Shown here: piece after piece, positions 11,312-22,384 of the stretch
How the letters are laid out: each line of letters opens with the position of its first letter
Position numbering within the stretch: the first letter of the stretch is position 1
Source of the DNA: Malacoraja senta
Lineage: Eukaryota
Direction: 5' to 3'
NCBI GenBank assembly: GCA_038087875.1
Contig: CM075977.1
Location: forward strand, 157,728,001-157,792,000
Length of the DNA stretch: 64,000 nucleotides
Made by a program: the position numbers and the translations under genes
Notes under the pieces: generated by a model
Told to the model about the DNA's origin: nothing
Databases searched by the model: none
Seen by the model: the letters and a program-made list of their open reading frames with translations, nothing else

Positions 11312-11968
11312 CTCTCTAGCTTACTTGTGTCCATCGTTCTTATAAATTATTGAGATTCTTAATAAATAGATTTTTTTTCAAATTTGGATGTTAACGTGTT
11401 TAGTTTCCGCCATTCATGAGGTTTAGAAATTACAGACTGAGAGCAGGTAAATGGGTAAATGGTAGATGGATATTTGACAGTCAGCATAGACATGGTGGGA
11501 TGAAGGGTCTGTTTCTGGGCTGCACGTCTATGACCCTGTAACATGGGCTGCTATTTTTATGCCTTTTAATCAGTTTTACAAATGTCAGCCAGTAACTCAC
11601 AATAATGGCATGGTGATGCTTTAGAAGAAGTGGGTGGTCCACTGGGCTGCCCTTCTCTACTGCTGCAGAATTCCAAGGGTTCATGCACAATTGAATACTA
11701 GGTTCACCCAAGCTACAGATAGCAACCAGTGTCACCTCCTATGCATATATTATCGATTGACCTTACAAAGAATGAATTAATTTAACCTCCCTTCTCTTGC
11801 TGCTGTCCAAACTCAACTACATTCCAAAAACAGCCAAGCCCTATTCCTCAGTTACAAGGCTGAAGCTTTGCTGGAAAGACTTGAGGATGATGGCTTTCCG
11901 GACTTGGAGCTGGCAAACTATCTCTGCATCGGTGTGTTGGGTGAAGGAGCTGGCTGGAAAAATTCTGT

Positions 11969-12840
11969 CAATAGACGATAGACAATAGGTGCAGGAGTAG
12001 GCCATTCGGCCCTTCGAGCCAGCACCGCCATTCAATGTGATCATGGCTGATCATCCCCAATCAGTACCCCGTTCCTGCCTTCTCCCCATATCCCCTGACT
12101 CTGCTATCTTTATGAGCCCTATCTAGCTCTCACTTGAAAGTATCCAGAACCGTCCTCCACTGCCCACTGAGGCAGAGAATTCCACAGACTCACAACTCTC
12201 TGTGAGAAAAAGTGTTTCCTCATCTCCGTTCTAAATGGCTTACCCCTTATTCTTAAACTGTGGCCCCTGGTTCTGGACTCCCCCAACATCGGGAACATGT
12301 TTCCTGCCTCTAACGTGTTCCAAACCCTTAATAATCTTATATGTTTCAATAAGATTCCCTCTCATCCTTCTAAACTCCAGAGTATACAAGCCCAGCCACT
12401 TCATTCTCTCAGCATATGACAGTCCCGCCATCCCGGGAATTAACCTTGTAAACCTACACTGCACTCCCTCAATAGCAAGAATGTCCTTCCTCAAATTAGG
12501 GGACCAAAACTGCACACAATACTCCAGGTGTTGTCTCACTAGGGCCCTGTACAACTGCAGAAGGACCTCTTTGCTCCTATACTCAACTCCTCTTGTTATA
12601 AAGGCCAACATGCCATTCTTCACTGCCTGCTGTACCTGCATGCTTACTTTCATTGACTAATGAACAAGGACCCCCAGATCCCGTTGTACTTCCACTTTTC
12701 CCAACTTGACACCATTTAGATAGTAATCTGCCTTCCTGTTTTTGCTACCAAAGTGGATAACCTCACATTTATCCACATTAAACTGCATCTGCCATGCATC
12801 TGCCCACTCACCCAACCTGTCAAGGTCACCCTGCACCCTG
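11969..12840 (-). mobile_element. CR1/HER1-like LINE 3' portion
   Basis: QGDLDRLGEWADAWQMQFNVDKCEVIHFG and [19 protein letters not shown]; 3' UTR GGGCCGAATGGCCTACTCCTGCACCTATTGTCTA. Confidence 0.93.
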
Positions 12841-12890
12841 CACCCTGTCTGCGAAAATAGGTTCATATAAACCACAGGATTCTTGCAGAC

Positions 12891-13219
12891 TTTAGTTCAG
12901 TTTAGTTTAGAGATACAGCGTGAAAACAGGCCCTTCAGCCCACCGGGTCCATGTCAACCAGCGATCCCCGCAATATGAACACTATCCTACACACACTACA
13001 GACAATTTTTGTTTTACATTTACCAAGCTAATTTACCTACATACCTGTACATCTTTGGAGTGTGGGCGGAAACCGAAGATCTCGGAGAAACCCCACGTGG
13101 TCACGGGGAGAACGTACAAACTCCGTACAGACAGCACCTATAGTCGGGATCGAACCCGGGTCTCCGGTGCCGCAAGCACTGTAAGGCAGCAACTCTACCG
13201 CTGCGCCACCGTGCCGCCT
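12891..13219 (-). mobile_element. Full-length HE1-like SINE
   Basis: Minus strand GGCACGGTGGCGCAGCGGTAGAG (A box) ... GGGTTCGATCCC (B box) ... CR1-like tail (CTAAA)n. Confidence 0.92.
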
Positions 13220-14179
13220 TTTCTACCCAGGAATGAATCATTTCAAGTGCCTGAGTCTCAAATGCTTTATAACCCACGTAAAGAGTTAAAGAAAGCCTGC
13301 AAATTCACGGTGAAGGTGACTGTTCCAGTTCTTTCCAAACTGCTGATGTCTCATCGGCAGCAACTCTGAGCAGCAGTCAGCAATGTTCAAAGTCATTTCT
13401 CAAGTCACCAGTACTTTGCATAGGAGGAGACCTCTGCACATCAGGTTCCCAATACAAATAACAAGGGATCAAAAGAGTCAATTTGTGGTATTCCGCAGTG
13501 TCCTGACATTGATTGACTGTGCCCTTAGAGATAATTTTGGACATGCTGAAAACAAGCACATCCACTGTTACAGGAAAGGTTCTTGTACAGGCAGCATGCA
13601 TAGCCAAAAATATCTGTGACATTTGTGCCAGCTTTACTAGTAAGAACCATTTTATAATTCTGCTCCCTCGGAACGGCTGGCTAGCAGTTAACTAGAGAGA
13701 AATTTGACCCGTAAGCCAGAGTATCTGTATCTCTCCTCAGTCATAATTATGTTTCAGGTGCTGTAATCTATGGTTCTAAAATATCAAGACAGAGCATTGA
13801 GAGAATTTTTTTTTTTTATAGGTGAGTTACACAACAATTATTTGCCATTTGATTATTTTCAGTTGCTTTTGAGTAATAAAACAAACCCTAATGACATTTG
13901 AGGTGTACAGAATGAGAACATTCTCACAGATAAATCCAAACTCCACCTTCTTGAGTCACTTTTACCTTTCTGGCTTCATCAGAGTACAAGACCTCACAGT
14001 TCCATTCTGTAATGCAATGCACACTTGTGGACACTACTACTGCCCAATTTGTTCCAAGATGGCAACCCATATGTACATCGATAGAGCTGTTACATTGGTA
14101 GAAATGTTAGCACGCACAGATTATGCCGACCAGCTTGATCACAAGGTCAATCAGCATAAAAAGGTGATTAGCCATTTGT

Positions 14180-14995
14180 TGGCTTCAGGGGTCCAAGTCC
14201 ACAGCTCCCTGAAAGTGGCAACACAAATAGATAGAGTGATAAAGAAGAAATATGGTATGTTTGTCTTCAACGGTCAGGCATTGAGTATAAGAGTCAGGAA
14301 GTCATGATGCACCTTTACAGGACTTTGGTTAGTTTAACTTAGTTTTGTTTAGTTTAGTTTAGCTTAGTTTATTGTCACGTGTACAACGTACAGTGGAAAG
14401 CTTTTTTTACTTGCTCCCCATTCAGCGGAAAGACCATATATGATTACAAATGAGCCATCCACAGTGTACTTATACATGATAAAGGGAATAACCTTAGACT
14501 GCATTAGAATAATGGCTGTAGTTCTAGTTGCCCCATTATAGGAAGGATGTTGAGGCTTTGGAGAGGATGCAGAAGAGGTTTATCTGGTGCTACTTGGATG
14601 AGAAGGTATTAGTCATAAGGTTGGATAAACTTGGATTGTTTTCTTTGGATTGCCAGAGGCTGAGGAGAGACCTGATAGAAGTTTATAAAATTATGATAGG
14701 CATAGATAGGGTAGACAGTCATAACCTTTTTCCCATGGTGGAAATATAAAAAACTACAGGGTATAACATTAAGGCGAGTGGAGCATAGTTTAAAGGATAT
14801 GTGCGGGTACGTTTTTTTACTACTTATGGTGGAGGCAGATACAATAGAGGCATTTAAGAGTCTTTGTGTCCAGGCATATGCAGGAATAGAGGGATATGGA
14901 TCAGTTACGGGAAGAGGAGTTTAGTTTAAAATTATTAGAATCATGTTTGGCATGGACATTGTGGGGTAAAGGGCCTGTTCCTGTGCTGTATTGCT
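14180..14995 (+). mobile_element. CR1-like LINE 3' fragment, interrupted at about 14328-14495 by a minus-strand Rex-type 3' tail
   Basis: VQVHSSLKVATQIDRVIKK and PHYRKDVEALERMQKRF; insert TTTAGTTTATTGTCACGTGTAC matches 61972-62100. Confidence 0.8.
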
Positions 14996-15010
14996 CCTTT
15001 ATAAGCTGTA

Positions 15011-16439
15011 CTAAACTAAGTGGGACCCGTTCCCCAACGCAATATTCCACCACTCACCCATTCCCCCAACACAGACCCTTCCCCCAATGCAATATTCCAC
15101 CACTCACTCATAGCCCCCAACTGCACAGGCGCGGCTCATTTCCCTTCATCCCTCAGCACTCCCTCCCCCTCCTCTTCATCCTCCCTTTTCTTTCCCCTCT
15201 CATACTCCCCAATCCCTCCACCTCTCCCTCCCTCTCATTTTCTCTACCCTCAGTCACACCCTCCCTCCCTCCATAACTCCCCTCCCTACCCCCATCCTAT
15301 CCCTCTATCCCCCACTCCTCACCTTCCCCTAACCCACCCCACCCCCATTATCCCTCCTCACCTCCCCAATGCCATCCTCTCCCCCTATTCCACACTCCCT
15401 ACCTCCCCCACTCCTCACCCTCTACTCTCCCTCCTCTCCCAGTCTCCCTCCTCACCTCCCCCACTTTCCCCCCTCTCCGTCCATACTTCCTCCTCTCCCT
15501 CAATCCTCCACACTCACTACTCACCTCCCCAGGATCTCAAGGGTGACATTCCTTTCCATCCTTGCATGCCCCTCCCTCACGTCTCCCTCCTTCTCCTTTC
15601 CCTACCCTGAGTGACTCCCTCACTCCCTCCGTCTCTCCCTCCAGAACTACTCTCCCCACCCCCCTATCCCCCCCTACCCCCCCACACCTCACACCCCCCT
15701 ATCCCCCCACTATACCTCCCACACTGCCCTCCTCTCCCTCTATTCCCCACTCACTAACTCCCCCACTCTCCCTCCTCACCTCCCCAACTTTCTCCCTCTC
15801 CCTCCCTATCCTCTCCTCTCCCTCAATCCTCACAATCCCCCTCCTCACCTCCCCAGGTTTTCCCCACTCCCTACCTCCCCCTCCTCTCCCTCTATTCCCC
15901 CTTCTCCGCCACTCTCCTCACCTCTCCCCCTCTCCCTCCCAACCCCCTCCTCTCCCCCCTCAATCCCCCCACTCTCCCTCCTCACCTCCCCAGGATATCG
16001 AGGTTGCCACTCCTTTCCCCCGAAGCAGCTGTGGCTGTGCCCTGTGGTGGCTCTGGCTTTGGCCCGCGGTGGCTCAGGCTATGGCCTGCAGCGGCCTTGG
16101 CTGTGAAACGCGGCGGCTGTGGTCCGCGGCAGCTGTGGCCGTCCTCTCCTGCCACTTCCAGCCGAATGGCTGTGTGGATGTGGCAGTGCAATGCTGGATG
16201 AGGCGGGCGCCGCCGGTGAATGACAGGACCGGAGACCAATCTGCATGCCGGTCACTGACAGAAGAGACCAATCTGCGCATGTGCTGTTTTAAAGATTTTC
16301 AAACATTAATAACTTTAAAACTATACCATCGATTGGAACAAATCTTGGTGCACTTGTAGAGCTATCCTGTACCATTTATCGTGTACAAAGAGAAAAAATG
16401 CAAACCGGAAGCGCACAAGATCAGAGTTTTAGTTATGTA
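15011..16439 (-). mobile_element. Non-autonomous Helitron (second subfamily) with a C-rich low-complexity interior
   Basis: Degenerate 3' end (+ strand ACTAAACTAAGTGGGACCCGTT vs ACTAGACTAAGTGGGACCCGTT at 16439); 5' end TACATAACTAAAACTCTGATCTTG on the minus strand. Confidence 0.75.
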
Positions 16440-17811
16440 CTAGACTAAGTGGGACCCGTTAGGTCCCAGCATCACACGGGAGGGCTGGTCCCCCAACGCA
16501 ATATTCCACCTCTCCAACAATTCCAATATTGGTGGCCAGTGGGGGGGGGGGCTTTCTGGAGCGCTAGTATGGTTGTTCAGGGCTGAAGGGACTGGTTTCT
16601 AGAGGGCTAGTATGGACATTGTGGGCCGAATGGATTCTTGGGCTGGTGGCTCAGTCACTCAAGCCTGTTTTGCTGGCAGCTCACTCACTCACGGCTGGTG
16701 GGCTGCCAGTTGACTCACGGCTATTCCTTGAAATTCCATTTCAAACAGGGTGCAAGGCCACCAAATTCAAGTGCAGTTCTTACCACTTCAAGCAGGGTGC
16801 AAGGCCACCAAATTCAAGTGCAGTTTCATACCATTTCAAGCAGGGTGCAAGGCCACTGAAGACAGCGTGTCGTGACATCTCCCTCCTCCATCTTGCAAGG
16901 ACTGAGCCACGCCCACACTTCTGGGTTTTATGGTCCGTCCCCCTCCCACCAGAAGGGGCGTGGCCTTCATGGCGTGATTGACAGGAGAGAGAATCTCAAC
17001 ATTTTCAAAACACTAATAACTCTTTTATTTTTCATCGATGGGAAAAATCCTCGGCACCTGAAGAGCGGAGGGGGACTCTGAGTAAGATGGCCAAAAATCA
17101 CAGCCGTACATGGTAGCGTTTTTTCTAAAATCAATATAAAGCGCAAACAGGAAGTGGTCAAGTTTAGACTTTTACTTATATAGAAGGCAAGGCAACTTTA
17201 ATTAGGCAAGGCAACTGTAATTAGGCAAGGCAACTTTAATTAGGCAACACAGCTTTAGCATTTCTAAACCAAAGGCAACACAGCTTTAGCATTTCTAAAC
17301 CAAAAGCAACACAGCTTTAGCATTTCCAAACCAAAGGCAACACAGCTTTAGCATTTCCAAACCAAAGGCAACACAGCTTTAGCATTTCCAAACCAAAGGC
17401 AACACGGCTTTAGCATTTCCAAACTATATTTTCAAACCACATTAAGGGCACGGACAGTTCCGTAAAACCACTCACAGTTTAGTAAACATGTGTTCAGTGT
17501 TATTCACAGCTCAGACTGAGAGACGTGACCCTCTCGCTTCCCCCATCTTGCAGAGACTGACTGAGGCACTCCACACTTCTGGATTTTATAGTCCCTCTGG
17601 AAGGGGCGTGGCCTTCAGGAGAGAGAATCTCAACATTTTTAAAACACTAATAACTCTTTAATTTTTCATCCTCTTGTCCTGCGCAGCGGAGGGGGACAGA
17701 GTAAGATGGCCAAAAATCATAGCCGTAAGTGGCAGCATTTTTTCTAAAATCAATACACAGAACAACAGGAATTGGTCAAGATCAGACTTTTAGTAATATA
17801 GAGAAGATAGA
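16440..17811 (-). mobile_element. Complete non-autonomous Helitron family A (two 5' modules)
   Basis: 5' A|TC (17811; core TCTATATTACTAAAA from 17802); 3' hairpin GGGACC-N5-GGTCCC at 16451-16467 then CTAG|T at 16440; second internal 5' end TCTATATAAGTAAAA at 17184; collinear with 59891-61524. Confidence 0.9.
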
Positions 17812-18067
17812 TAGATGTTCTTTTGAGAGCTCCATGCTTTAGCATCTGGTGTGCTCTCTTAACACATATTTAGCACCAGGAAGGAGACCACACCAGTGCT
17901 GTTTAATAGGAACAACAGCTCCAAACGACGGAGCGGTTGATTTGATTTTACTACCTATTGCAATGATTTTTGCAAGTATGGTCATTTCTAGAGTCTTTCG
18001 TTGTAAAGTGGCAGGATTTTAAGACGTTTATCCTGATCTTAGGACTCTCATGCAAATTGTGTTAGTA

Positions 18068-20205
18068 GTGGCATTCATCACCCTAATCTACAAGCAGAAG
18101 TGAGAGATGAATGATATAAGGAATTGGAGACCCATCACATTGTTGAATGTTGATTACAAGATCCTGTCTAAGGCCATCGCCAACCGTGTCAAGTCTGCTC
18201 TGGGACGGGTGATCCACCAAACCTGTGCTGTACCTGGCAGGAAAATCTCAGGCAGCCTGGTGCTGCAGAGAAATACCATTGCCTACGTGCAGGACAGACG
18301 AGTGGATGCCTGTCTAATCAGCTTGGACCAGGAGAATGCCTTCGACAGGATATCGCACACGTGCATGAGGGACGTGCTCTACAAAATGGGCTTTGGGGAG
18401 GGAATCAGAAATTGGATCCAACTGCCGTGCAGTCCAAATCAATGGGTGGGATTCAGTCAGCTTCCCCGTCAGGTCTGGAGTCAGGCAGGGTTGCCCTCTC
18501 TCCCCTGTCTTGCTCGTCTGTTGTATTGAACTTTTTGCAGAGTCCATCAGGAAGGACACGAGCATAAGAGGAGTGACATTGCCAGGCAGTGGGAGCAACA
18601 GCAACCTCCCTGTACATGGACGATGTCGCCGTCTTCTGCTCGGATCCACGGTCGGTCCGCAGACTGATTAGCGTCTGCGACCAGTTTTAGTCGGCAACTG
18701 GAGCCAGGGTGAACTGCAGGAAGAGCGAGGCCATGCTCTTTGGCAACTGGCTCGACCGATCTTCTGTACCCTTCACCATCAAGCCTGACTTCTTAAAGGT
18801 GCTGGGGATCTGATTCGGGGGGGGCTGAGGCGTGTGTCAAGAATTGGCTGGAGAAGATAGCCAAGGTGGGGATGAAACTGGAGCTGTGGAAGCAGTGCAC
18901 CCTCTCTATAACGTGGAAAAATTTGGTCATCATGTTGGAGGTACTCTCGGGGCTGCTGTACTTGGCACAAGTGTGGCCTGTCCCTACTTCCTACACCACA
19001 GGGATCACCTGGGCCGTCTTCCAGTTCATCTGGGGGTTGAGGATGGACCGGGTGCGACGGGCCACAATGAACAAGTCGGCAGACAATGAGCGTAAAAGCG
19101 TGCCCAATGTCACCCTCACCCTGATGGCCATCTTCATGTGTGGCTGCATCAAGCGGAGCATAGAGCCAAGGCACGTGGGCACCAAGTGTCACTACCTGCT
19201 AAGGTGGGCACCAAGTGACACTACCTGTCCCTGGTGTTGTGAAGGATGGGCCTGGCACAGAGGCCACGCAATGTGCCAGTCAGCTGGACATTGCCACACC
19301 ATCTGCCATTCGTGGAAAGGTTCTTCCAGACCAATGCCTTTAACCATGTCCATGCAGTGGTCAGCATGGAACGTCCTGCAGGCACTGCAGGGAAATGACT
19401 CCATGGATCCTGTGGCATGGTTCCCAGAGCAGACTGCCCAGCTTGTCTGGCGAAATGTCTCATCGCCAGAACTCACCAACAAGCACCAAGACCTGGCTTG
19501 GCTGGCAGTGAGGGGAGCCTTCCCAGTCAGATACTTCTGGCACCATCGGAATCTCACTACCAGCGCACACTGACCTCGGGACGGCTGCTATGGAGAGGAG
19601 ACGGTTGCCCACCTCTTTGCAGGGTGTGGATTTGCAAAGAGATTCAGGAGAGGTTTGCAAGGGTCCCTGTCACGATTTATTCCGAACAGCTCCGTCACAG
19701 AGGACTCTGTGATTTATGGACTGTTCTCAGAGACGCATTCAGAGACTGACATCGAGTGCTGCTGGAAGGTCATCAACTCGGTGAAAGATGCTCTTTGGTC
19801 TGCCTGAGCTTTGTTGACCTCCCAGCGGAGCGGGATGTCTGTCGGGGAATGTTGCCGACTGGCCCGCTGCAGACTGCAGGAGTATGTGCTGAGGGACGCA
19901 CTGAAGCTCGGTGCAGCCAACGCCAAGGCTCTGTGGGGGAGGACCACAGTCTAGGGCCCTTCCACTGCTGGACATAAGGTGGGCAGGGTGTGGTGGAGAC
20001 GCCCCTCAAAAATAAGGGAAGGGATTCCACGCCAGTGGGCCACATGAGTGGCAAGGATGGGGGATAAATGTGTGAAATTCGTGTAAACAGTTTTGAATGT
20101 TTTTGAATGTTGGTATAGCCTCCGAGAATGTTGGATGGAATTTTTGAACGGTTCCTGTATTGTATATATTTATTAAAGTCTATTTTGAAAAAAATAAAAA
20201 AATAA
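18068..20205 (+). mobile_element. Tx1-clade LINE, 5'-truncated, frameshifted ORF2
   Basis: RNWRPITLLNVDYKILSKAIANR, QTCAVPGRKI, LDQENAFDRISH, GVRQGCPLSP, YMDD; C-terminal Cys/His region; A-rich tail at about 20188. Confidence 0.88.
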
Positions 20206-20342
20206 AGAGGAAAGATAGAGAGAAGGAAAAGCTGTTGGTAAAGGAGAAGGATAAGAGGATAACAAATATTACGTCAGCAATAGCCATCCAGGTTGATAAG
20301 GGAGCAGTTCTCTCACTTTAATGCAATGAGTTATAAAGTGAT

Positions 20343-20565
20343 GTATAGGAAGGAACTGCAGATGCTGGTTTAACTGAATATAGACACAAAAAGCGGGAGT
20401 AACTCAACGGGACAGGCAGCATCTCTGGAGAGAAGGAATAGGTGATGTTTTGGGTCGAGACCCTTCAGACGTCTGAAGAAAGGTCTCGACCCGAAACATC
20501 ACCCATTCCTTCTCTCCAGAGATGCTGCCTGTCCCGCTGACTTACTCCAGTTTTTTGTACCTATC
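20343..20565. mobile_element. Fold-back Penelope-like short element with hammerhead core
   Basis: Inverted arms of about 90 bp centred near 20470; CTGAAGA(20473)..GAAACATC; imperfect flanking duplication TAT(A/C)AAGTGAT. Confidence 0.7.
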
Positions 20566-20872
20566 AAGTGATTTAATTTGATAATTCCAAGTTATCATCC
20601 CTGGAGTCTGTAATCTCTTTCAGCCACATCAAGTTCAGTGCGAAAGGAACGGCATTGCCCATTGCAGTCAAGATCACCAGCGATATTAAATTGTACATAT
20701 TGGCCTCCATTCAGGCTGGAGTTGTAGATACCAGACACATGATTCCGTTTGCTATCCAGTTGCAATGAAAAGGTGAATTCTCTTACTTCCCAAAGAGCTA
20801 ATTATATTTCAATCTCCTTTGCCAGAGCCTGGCAGGCAGAGAGAGACATAGAGTCATACAGTACAGAAACAG

Positions 20873-21170
20873 GTCATGGTGGTGCAGCAGTAGAGTAGCT
20901 GTCTTACAGCGAATGCAACGCCGGAGACCCGGGTTCGATCCTGACTACGGGTGCTGTCAGTATGGAGTTTGTACGTTCCCCGTGACCTGCATGGGTTTTC
21001 TCCGAGACCGGTTTCCTCCCACACTCCAAAGACGTACAGGTTAATTGGCTTGGTAAATGTAATAATTGGCCCTAGTGGGTGTAGGATAGTGTTAATGTGC
21101 GGGGATCGCTGGTCAGCGCGGACCCAGTGGGCCGAAGGACCGGTTTCTCTAAAAATTAAAAACTAAACTA
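20873..21170 (+). mobile_element. HE1-like SINE inserted in a minus-strand CR1 tail (20845-21305)
   Basis: GGTGGTGCAGCAGTAGAG A box, GGGTTCGATCC B box, V-domain. Confidence 0.9.
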
Positions 21171-21434
21171 ATCCCTATTGCCCCAACTTACCCATGCCAA
21201 ACAAGTGACCCCATCAAAGCTAGTCCCATTTGCCTGCATTTGACCCATATCCCTCCAAACCTTTCCTATCCATATACCTGTCCAAATGTTTTTAAATGTT
21301 GTTATTCTAGTAATGCCCAGCTGGCGTGTGAGATAGGCTGTGCATCGTACTAGTTAGTGCATTATATCCTGGCAGCAGGTTACAGACTCCAGGGAATCCT
21401 CTCCATCTATAGCAGTTCTCGATGCTGTCTGAAC

Positions 21435-22025
21435 TTTATTTATTCAAGGGATGTGGGCTTTGCAGGCTGTCAGCATTTAAATTCCCATTCCTAGTTGCCC
21501 TTGAGAAGACTGATCATCGCTGCAGTCATTGAGGTGTGGGTATTCTCATGACACTGTCAGAGAGGAAGTTGAAGGATATTGACCAGGAATTGCGAAAGAA
21601 TAGCAATCTACTTCCAAGTCAGGATGGTGCGTGGCTTGGAGAACAACTTCCAACTGTTCCCAGGCCTCCAGCTGGTAGAGTTTGTGGGTTTGGTGAATTT
21701 TGTCAAAGAAGTCTTGGTGAGTTGCTGACATGCTTACTTTAGATGGTACAAGCTGTGCTACCGTGCGTCAGTGATGGAATAATTGAATAGCCATGGATGG
21801 GGTGCCTATTAAGACAGCTGTTATGTCTTGCATGGTGTTGAGCTTCTTGAGTGTTGTTGATGCACTCATGTTGGCAATTGGAGAGCATTCCTCACCAGAA
21901 TCCTGACTTGAGCCTTGGAGATTGTGGACAGGCTTTGGGCTAGGAAGAGATGAATTGTGGTCAGGCTAGGAGGAGATGAATTGCTCACCACAGGGTTCAT
22001 ATCCTCTGACCACCTCTTGTAGCCA
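21435..22025 (-). mobile_element. Old CR1-like LINE 3' fragment (second family)
   Basis: GGGATGTGGGC..CAGCATTT..CCCATTCCTAGTTGCCCTTGAGAAG start; similar to 52760-53200. Confidence 0.55.
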
Positions 22026-22344
22026 TTATGATATGAATATGACCATCATGACATCAATATAACCATCATGATATGAATAAAACCATCATGGTATGAATAA
22101 AATCATCATGATATGAATACGACCATCATGATATGAATACAACCATCATATGAATAAAACCATCATGATATGAATATGATCATCATGATATGAATACAAT
22201 TAGATATGAATAAGACCACCATGATATGAATACAACCTTCATAATATGAATACAACCAGGATAATATGAATACAACAATTATGATATGAATATGACCATC
22301 ATTATATGAATATGACCATCTTAATATGAATATGACCATCATGA
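22025..22344. repeat. 20-bp minisatellite ATGATATGAATATGACCATC, about 15 copies
   Basis: Direct reading. Confidence 0.88.
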
Positions 22345-22384
22345 AAAACTAAAGATGGGGTATAGGGCAACAATAGCTATCTAA

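Noticed and set aside
12891-13219. tRNA gene
   Set aside because: A and B boxes belong to a SINE head followed by a V-domain and LINE tail
10118-13695. Short ORFs in unique stretches (about 10200-10560, 11800-11970, 13220-13700) as host exons
   Set aside because: No consistent splice-bounded open frame or recognisable protein
15020-16359. Proline/serine-rich ORFs
   Set aside because: C-rich low-complexity interior of a Helitron
20343-20565. miRNA hairpin or classic MITE
   Set aside because: Multi-copy family with asymmetric arms and variable-length TSDs, which fits a Penelope-like retroelement better
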